Positions 7,377 to 14,182 of a stretch of 14,182 nucleotides of DNA are shown here, piece by piece. Each line of letters opens with the position of its first letter. Position 1 is the stretch's first letter. The stretch comes from Octopus sinensis. Taxonomy: Eukaryota. The stretch covers positions 1-14,182 of the forward strand of contig NW_021825855.1 of the NCBI RefSeq assembly GCF_006345805.1. Reading direction: 5' to 3'. A model generated the notes under the pieces. That model ran no database searches and was not told where the DNA came from. It saw only the letters and a list, made by a program, of their open reading frames with translations. A program made the position numbers and the translations under genes.

Positions 7377-7738
7377 TCTTTATATATAAAAGAGAAGTTG
7401 TGTGTCTGTCTCCTACGATTTAGACACCCACATTTTGCTGTGCAGTTTAACCAAAACCGGGTATCTTATAGTCGTGATTCATATCGAGCCCTTCTGGGTA
7501 TTAGCACTCGTCTACGATGAGTCTACAATATAAAAAAAAATTTACCATCATTTTTTCCATTTTAATGCATTTTTTCGCTATTAAATGTCTACGATGAGTC
7601 AACGATTTAAAAAAAAAATTACTATAATTTTTTTTCCATTTTTAATGCATTTTTTTGCTATATTTTGGCTATAACTCTAAAAATGCTTATATAGTTATTT
7701 CCCTTACAAACCCGAGCAACGCCAGGCGATACTGCTAG
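7377..7738 (+). mobile_element. Non-autonomous Helitron
   Basis: Starts A|TCTTTATATATAAAAG and ends with an imperfect GC hairpin CCCGAGCAACGCCAGG (7711-7726) followed by CTAG|T. Inserted between A and T with no TSD. Internal ~72-bp tandem duplication (7510-7580 and 7587-7660). Confidence 0.78.
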
Positions 7739-7930
7739 TATATATATATTAAAGTTGCAAAAATATCGCAAAAACCCGAACGTCGGGCAGTTGTGGTCAA
7801 GAATGGAATAAAATTGTGATGGCACCTGTAACATATGATTTTCCACCTGGTTTTGCATTTATATACTTAGTCGCGTACATACGTATATATATCTAGGTGC
7901 AAACGTACTAAGTCGTAGGCTTCACTTTTT

Positions 7931-7944
7931 GTGTCCATGGTAAC
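7931..7944. promoter_or_regulatory. Candidate RFX X-box within a CpG-containing unique segment
   Basis: GTGTCCATGGTAAC is close to the palindromic X-box GTTRCCATGGYAAC. Motif match only. Confidence 0.3.
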
Positions 7945-8167
7945 CGATATTTCGCAAAGGGTCACACACTCGCTCGCGCGCGCATTATGAAAAGAGTCAT
8001 ACGTCCGCACAGGAAACCGCTGCCAACAAAATAAGGAAACTTTCTGGATGTCACAATTCTTAGTAAATCATTTTCCTGGACACAGGAAGATAAACGTGCG
8101 CTAATTTTTTGCTATGAATACCTGACTAGCCAAGTAAAGGGCTTCAATTTATTCTAAACTCGGCATT

Positions 8168-8528
8168 GGATCTTTTCTGTTTGAACGGCAGTTTTTTCTA
8201 GCGGTGTCATATGCAATTGTCACCCATAATTATGACCCTAGTATCGATCTATTGCATTTCAATCTATTTTAGGGTTAGGGCTAGAGTTAGGGATGGGGGA
8301 AGGGTATATTTTTTTCTTCAGATATGTAAATAAACCCAATCTGTTTCTTAAACGAGGGACATATTCACACGGCACAGAATGTTTTTTTTTACCTCAATAG
8401 ACGTCATTGATTGGTTGAAATTGCAGAAATTGAAGAAAAAACCCAACAAATATCTTACAAACTATAGAATTTTCTCAATAAAGCCAAGAGAAAAAAGATG
8501 TTTTATAAACATATTCTACCAGTATACG
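8168..8528. mobile_element. GG-terminal MITE copy 3, uninterrupted but lacking the right end
   Basis: Left TIR GGATCTTTTCTGTTTGAACGGCAG; colinear with copies 1 and 2 up to TTCTACCAGTATACG, then replaced by the 22-bp array. Contains TTAGGGTTAGGGCTAGAGTTAGGG (8269-8292). Confidence 0.9.
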
Positions 8529-10481
8529 CATGCGCGAAAGTGTGACTGCGCATGCGCGAACGTGTGACTGCGCATGCGTTAACGTGAGACTGCGCATGCG
8601 CGAAAGTGTGACTGCGCATGCGTTAACGTGTGACTGCGCATGCGCGAAAATGTGAGTGCGCATGCGCGAACATGTGAATGCGCATGCGCGAGAGTGTGAG
8701 TGCGCATGCGCTAAAGTGTAACTGCGCATGCGCGAAAGTGTGACTGCGCATGCGTTAACGTGTGAGTGCGCATGCGCGAAAGTGCGCCTGCGCATGCGCG
8801 AAAGTGTGAATGCGCATGCGCGAAAATGTGAGTGCGCATGCGCGAAGGTGAGACTGCGCATGCGCGAACGTGTGAATGCGCATGCGCGAACGTGTAAGTG
8901 CGCATGCGCGAAGGTGCGACTGCGCATGCGCGAACGTGTGACTGCGCATGCGCGAAGGTGTGACTGCGCATGCACGAAAGTGTGAATGCGCATGCGCGAA
9001 AGTGTGAGTGCGCATGCGCGAACGTGTGAATGCGCATGCGCGAAAGTGTGACTGCGCTTGCGCGAAACTGTAACAGCGCATGCGCGAATGTGTGACTGCG
9101 CATGCGCGAAAGTGTAACTGCGCATGCGCTAAAGCGTGACTGCGCATGCGTTAACGTGTGACTGCGCATGCGCGAACATGTAATTGCGCATGCGCGAATG
9201 TGTGAGTGCACATGCGCGAAGGTGTGACTGCGCATGCGCGAATGTGTGACTGCGCATGCGCGAAGGTGCGACTGCGCATGCGCGAAGGTGCGACTGCGCA
9301 TGCGCGAAAGTGTGAGTGCGCATGCGCGAACGTGTGACTGCGCATGCGCGAAAGTATGAGTGCGCACGCGCGAAGTTGTGAGTGCGCATGCGCGAAGTGT
9401 AAGTGCGCATGCGCTAATGTGACTGCGCATGCGTTAACGTGTGGCTGCGCATGCGCGAACGTGTGACTGCGCATGCGCGGAAGTGTAAGTGCGCATGCGC
9501 GAAAGTGTGACTGCGCATGCGCTAAAGTGTGACTGCGCATGCGTTAACGTGTGACTGCGCATGCGCGGAAGTGTGAGTGCGCATGCGCGAAAGTGTGACT
9601 GCGCATGCGTTAACGTGTGACTGCGCATGCGCGAACATGTAATTGCGCATGCGCGAAAGTGTGAGTGCTCATGCGCGAAGGTCTGACTGCGCATGCGCGA
9701 AAATGTGAGTGCGCATGCGCGAAAATGTGAGTGCGCATGCGCGAAGGTGTGAATGCGCATGCGCGACAGCGTTAGTGCGCATGCGCGAAGGTGCGACTGC
9801 GCATGCGCGAAAGTGTGACTGCGCATGCGCGAACGTGTGACTGCGCATGTGCGAAAGTGTGAGTGCGCACGCGCGAAGGTGTGAGTGCGCATGCGCGAAC
9901 GTGTTAATGCGCATGCGCGAAAGTGTGAGTGCGCACGCGCGAAGGTGTGAGTGCGCATGCGCGAAAGTGTAAGTGCGCATGCGCGAAAGTGTGACTGCGC
10001 ATGCGCGAAAGTGTGAGTGCGCATGCGCGAAGGTGCGACTGCGCATGCGCGAAGGTGCGACTGCGCATGCGCGAAAGTGTTAGTGCGCATGCGCGAAGGT
10101 GCGACTGCGCATGCGCGAAAGTGTGACTGCGCATGCACGAAAGTGTGAGTGCGCATGCGCGAAGGTGTGAGTGCGCATGCGTGAAAGTGTGACTGCGCAT
10201 GCGCGAACGTGTGACTGCGCATGCACGAAAGTGTGAGTGCGCATGCGCAAAGGTGTGAGTGCGCATGCGCGAAAGTGTGACTGCGCATGCGCGAACGTGT
10301 GACTGCGCATGCGCGAAAGTGTGAGTGCGCATGCGCGAAAGTGTGACTGCGCATGCGCGAAAGTGTGAGTGCGCATGCGCGAAGGTGCGACTGCGCATGC
10401 GCGAAAGTGTGAGTGCGCATGCGCGAAGGTGCGACTGCGCGAAAGTGTGAGTGCGCATGCGCGAAGGTGCGACTGCGCATG
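8527..10481. repeat. 22-bp GC-rich minisatellite (~89 units); core TGCGCATGCGCG matches the NRF1-family consensus
   Basis: Unit TGCGCATGCGCGAAAGTGTGAC with a near-invariant core and variable spacer (AAAGTGTGAC, AAAGTGTGAG, AACGTGTGAC, AAGGTGCGAC, AAAATGTGAG and others). Copy number estimated from length divided by 22. Confidence 0.96.
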
Positions 10482-13400
10482 GCCGCAGTGAAATGACTGA
10501 AACAGAGTAAAGAGAGTATATACAGGCACAGGAATGGCTGTGTGGAACCACATGATTCCGGGTTCAGTACTGGGCTTACAAAAGAATAAGTCCTGGAGTC
10601 GAGTTGCTCGATTAAAGGCGGTGCTCCAGCATGGCCGCAGTGAAATGACTGAAACAGAGTAAAAGAGTATATACAGGCACAGGAATGGCTGTGTGGAACC
10701 ACATGATTCCGGGTTCAGTACTGGGCTTACAAAAGAATAAGTCCTGGAGTCGATTGCTCGATTAAAGGCGGTGCTCCAGCATGGCCGCAGTGAAATGACT
10801 GAAACAGAGTAAAGAGAGTATATACAGGCACAGGAATGGCTGTGTGGAACCACATGATTCCGGGTTCAGTACTGGGCTTACAAAAATAAGTCCTGGAGTC
10901 GAGTTGCTCGATTAAAGGCGGTGCTCCAGCATGGCCGCAGTGAAATGACTGAAACAGAGTAAAGAGAGTATATACAGGCACAGGAATGGCTGTGTGGAAC
11001 CACATGATTCCGGGTTCAGTACAGGGCTTACAAAAGAATAAGTCCTGGAGTCGAGTTGCTCGATTAAAGGCGGTGCTGCAGCATGGCCGCAGTGAAATGA
11101 CTGAAACAGAGTAAAGAGAGTATATACAGGCACAGGAATGGCTGTGTGGAACCACATGATTCCGGGTTCAGTACTGGGCTTACAAAGAATAAGTCCTGGA
11201 GTCGAGTTGCTCGATTAAAGGCGGTTGCAGCATGGCCGCAGTGAAATGACTGAAACAGAGTAAAGAGAGTAATACAGGCAAGGGAATGGCTGTGTGGAAC
11301 CACATGATTCCGGGTTCAGTACAGGGCTTACAAAAGAATAAGTCCTGGAGTCGAGTTGCTCGATTAAAGGCGGTGCTCCAGCATGGCCGCAGTGAAATGA
11401 CTGAAACAGAGTAAAGAGAGTATATACAGGCACAGGAATGGCTGTGTGGAACCACATGGTTCGCGGTTCAGTACTGGGCTTACAAAAGAATAAGTCCTGG
11501 AGTCGAGTTGCTCGATTAAAGGCGGTGCTCCAGCATGGCCGCAGTGAAATGACTGAAACAGAGTAAAGAGAGTATATACAGGCACAGGAATGGCTGTGTG
11601 GAACCACATGATTTCGGGTTCAGTACTGGGCTTACAAAAGAATAAGTCCTGGAGTCGAGTTGCTCTGATTAAAGGCGGTGCTCCAGCATGGCCGCAGTGA
11701 AATGACTGAAACAGAGTAAAGGGAGTATATACAGGCACAGGAATGGCTGTGTGGAACCACATGATTTCGGGTTCAGTACTGGGCTTACAAAAGAATAAGT
11801 CCTGGAGTCGAGTTGCTCGATTAAAGGCGGTGCTCCAGCATGGCCGCAGTGAAATGACTGAAACAGAGTAAAGAGATTATATACAGGCACAGGAATGGCT
11901 GTGTGGAACCACATGGTTCCGGGTTCAGTACTGGGCTTACAAAAGAATAAGTCCTGGAGTCGAGTTGCTCGATTAAAGGCGGTGCTCCAGCATGGCCGCA
12001 GTGAAATGACTGAAACAGAGTAAAGAGAGTATATACAGGCACAGGAATGGCTGTGTGGAACCACATGATTCCGGGTTCAGTACAGGGCTTACAAAAGAAT
12101 AAGTCCTGGAGTCGAGTTGCTCGATTAAAGGCGGTGCTCCAGCATGGCCGCAGTGAAATGACTGAAACAGAGTAAAGAGAGTATATACAGGCACAGGAAT
12201 GGCTGTGTGGAACCACATGATTCCGGGTTCAGTACTGGGCTTACAAAAGAATAAGTCCTGGAGTCGACTTGCTCGATTAAAGGCGGTGCTCCAGCATGGC
12301 CGCAGTGAAATGACTGAAACAGAGTAAAGGGAGTATATACAGGCACAGGAATGGCTGTGTGGAACCACATGGTTCCGGGTTCAGTACTGGGCTTACAAAA
12401 GAATAAGTTCTGGAGTCGAGTTGCTCGATTAAAGGCGGTGCTCCAGCATGGCCGCAGTGAAATGACTGAAACAGAGTAAAGGGAGTATATACAGGCACAG
12501 GAATGGCTGTGTGGAACCACATGGTTCCGGGTTCAGTACTGGGCTTACAAAAGAATAAGTTCTGGAGTCGAGTTGCTCGATTAAAGGCGGTGCTCCAGCA
12601 TGGCCGCAGTGAAATGACTGAAACAGAGTAAAGAGAGTATATACAGGCACAGGAATGGCTGTGGAACCACATGATTCCGGGTTCAGTACAGGGCTTACAA
12701 AAGAATAAGTCCTGGAGTCGAGTTGCTCGATTAAAGGCGGTGCTCCAGCATGGCCGCAGTGAAATGACTGAAACAGAGTAAAGAGAGTATATACAGGCAC
12801 AGGAATGGCTGTGTGGAACCACATGGTTCCGGGTTCAGTACTGGGCTTACAAAAGAATAAGTCCTGGAGTCGAGTTGCTCGATTAAAGGCGGTGCTGCAG
12901 CATGGCCGCAGTGAAATGACTGAAACAGAGTAAAGAGAGTATATACAGGCACAGGAATGGCTGTGTGGAACCACATGATTCCGGGTTCAGTACTGGGCTT
13001 ACAAAAGAATAAGTCCTGGAGTCGAGTTGCTCGATTAAAGGCGGTGCTCCAGCATGGCCGCAGTGAAATGACTGAAACAGAGTAAAGAGAGTATATACAG
13101 GCACAGGAATGGCTGTGTGGAACCACATGATTCCAGGTTCGGTACTGGGCTTACAAAAGAATAAGTCCTGGAGTCGAGTTGCTCGATTAAATGCGGTGCT
13201 CCAGCATGGCCGCAGTGAAATGACTGAAACAGAGAAAAGAGAGTATATACAGGCACAGGAATGGCTGTGTGGAACCACATGGTTCCGGGTTCAGTACTGG
13301 GCTTACAAAAGAATAAGTCCTGGAGTCGAGTTGCTCGATTAAAGGCGGTGCTGCAGCATGGCCGCAGTGAAATGACTGAAACAGAGTTAAGGGAGTATAT

Positions 13401-14182
13401 ACAGGCACAGGAATGGCTGTGTGGAACCACATGGTTCCGGGTTCAGTACTGGGCTTACAAAAGAATAAGTCCTGGAGTCGAGTTGCTCGATTAAAGGCGG
13501 TGCTCCAGCATGGCCGCAGTGAAATGACTGAAACAGAGTAAAGAGAGTATATACAGGCACAGGAATGGCTGTGTGGAACCACATGATTCCGGGTTCAGTA
13601 CTGGGCTTACAAAAGAATAAGTCCTGGAGTCGAGTTGCTCGATTAAAGGCGGTGCTGCAGCATGGCCGCATTGAAATGACTGAAACAGAGTAAAGGGAGT
13701 ATATACAGGCACAGGAATGGCTGTGTGGAACCACATGATTCCGGGTTCAGTACTGGGCTTACAAAAGAATAAGTCCTGGAGTCGAGTTGCTCGATTAAAG
13801 GCGGTGCTCCAGCATGGCCGCAGTGAAATGACTGAAACAGAGTAAAGAGAGTATATACAGGCACAGGAATGGCTGTGTGGAACCACATGATTCCGGGTTC
13901 AGTACTGGGCTTACAAACGAATAAGTCCTGGAGTCGAGTTGCTCGATTAAAGGCGGTGCTCCAGCATGGCCGCAGTGAAATGACTGAAACAGAGTAAAGA
14001 GAGTATATACAGGCACAGGAATGGCTGTGTGGAACCACATGATTCCGGGTTCAGTACTGGGCTTACAAACGAATAAGTCCTGGAGTCGAGTTGCTCGATT
14101 AAGGCGGTGCTCCAGCATGGCCGCAGTGAAATGACTGAAACAGAGTAAAGAGAGTATATACAGGCACAGGAATGGCTGTGTG
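10477..14182 (+). repeat. 152-bp tandem satellite, right array (~24 monomers, runs off window end)
   Basis: Same monomer and orientation as 1-1553; begins mid-monomer at GCATGGCCGCAG. Confidence 0.97.

Noticed and set aside
8269-8292. True telomere or chromosome-fusion site
   Set aside because: Only three perfect units, internal to a MITE and present in shorter form in the other copies.
8527-10481. CRISPR-like conserved repeat plus variable spacer
   Set aside because: Spacers are only ~10 bp and are variants of one sequence; there are no cas genes or leader, and the context is eukaryotic.
8475-10853. Long His/Ala/Arg/Ser-rich ORFs (up to 422 aa)
   Set aside because: A stop-poor 22-bp repeat is open in all frames; the period is not a multiple of 3.
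126-14118. The many 131-aa MVPHSHSC... ORFs and related ORFs in both satellite arrays
   Set aside because: They are three-frame read-throughs of a 152-bp non-coding SINE-derived repeat, with no domain content and no frame preservation.

Overview
Eukaryotic, repeat-saturated DNA with no intact protein-coding gene. The SINE family, long (TA)/(CA) microsatellites and C2H2 zinc-finger debris suggest a cephalopod (Octopus-like) genome; this is inference from memory, not a search result. Two same-orientation arrays of a 152-bp satellite (1-~1553, about 10 units; ~10477-14182, about 24 units) flank a ~8.9-kb island. The satellite monomer is an internally deleted version of a tRNA-derived SINE whose dispersed copies lie in the same island. 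The island holds nested transposon debris: a Tc1 transposase remnant, a hAT MITE with a perfect 8-bp TSD inside a C2H2-ZNF pseudogene, a GG-terminal (Merlin-like) MITE family in three copies, one of which brackets a 2.4-kb nested stack with an 8-bp TSD, a TTAA piggyBac-type MITE, a Penelope-like RT fragment not shown in the ORF track, a CR1-group LINE fragment and a non-autonomous Helitron. The most unusual element is a ~1.95-kb, ~89-copy 22-bp minisatellite (8527-10481). Its conserved core TGCGCATGCGCG is the NRF1/Ewg/P3A2 consensus, alternating with a variable spacer, and it joins the satellite through a 5-bp microhomology. Almost all listed ORFs are artefacts of the repeats.
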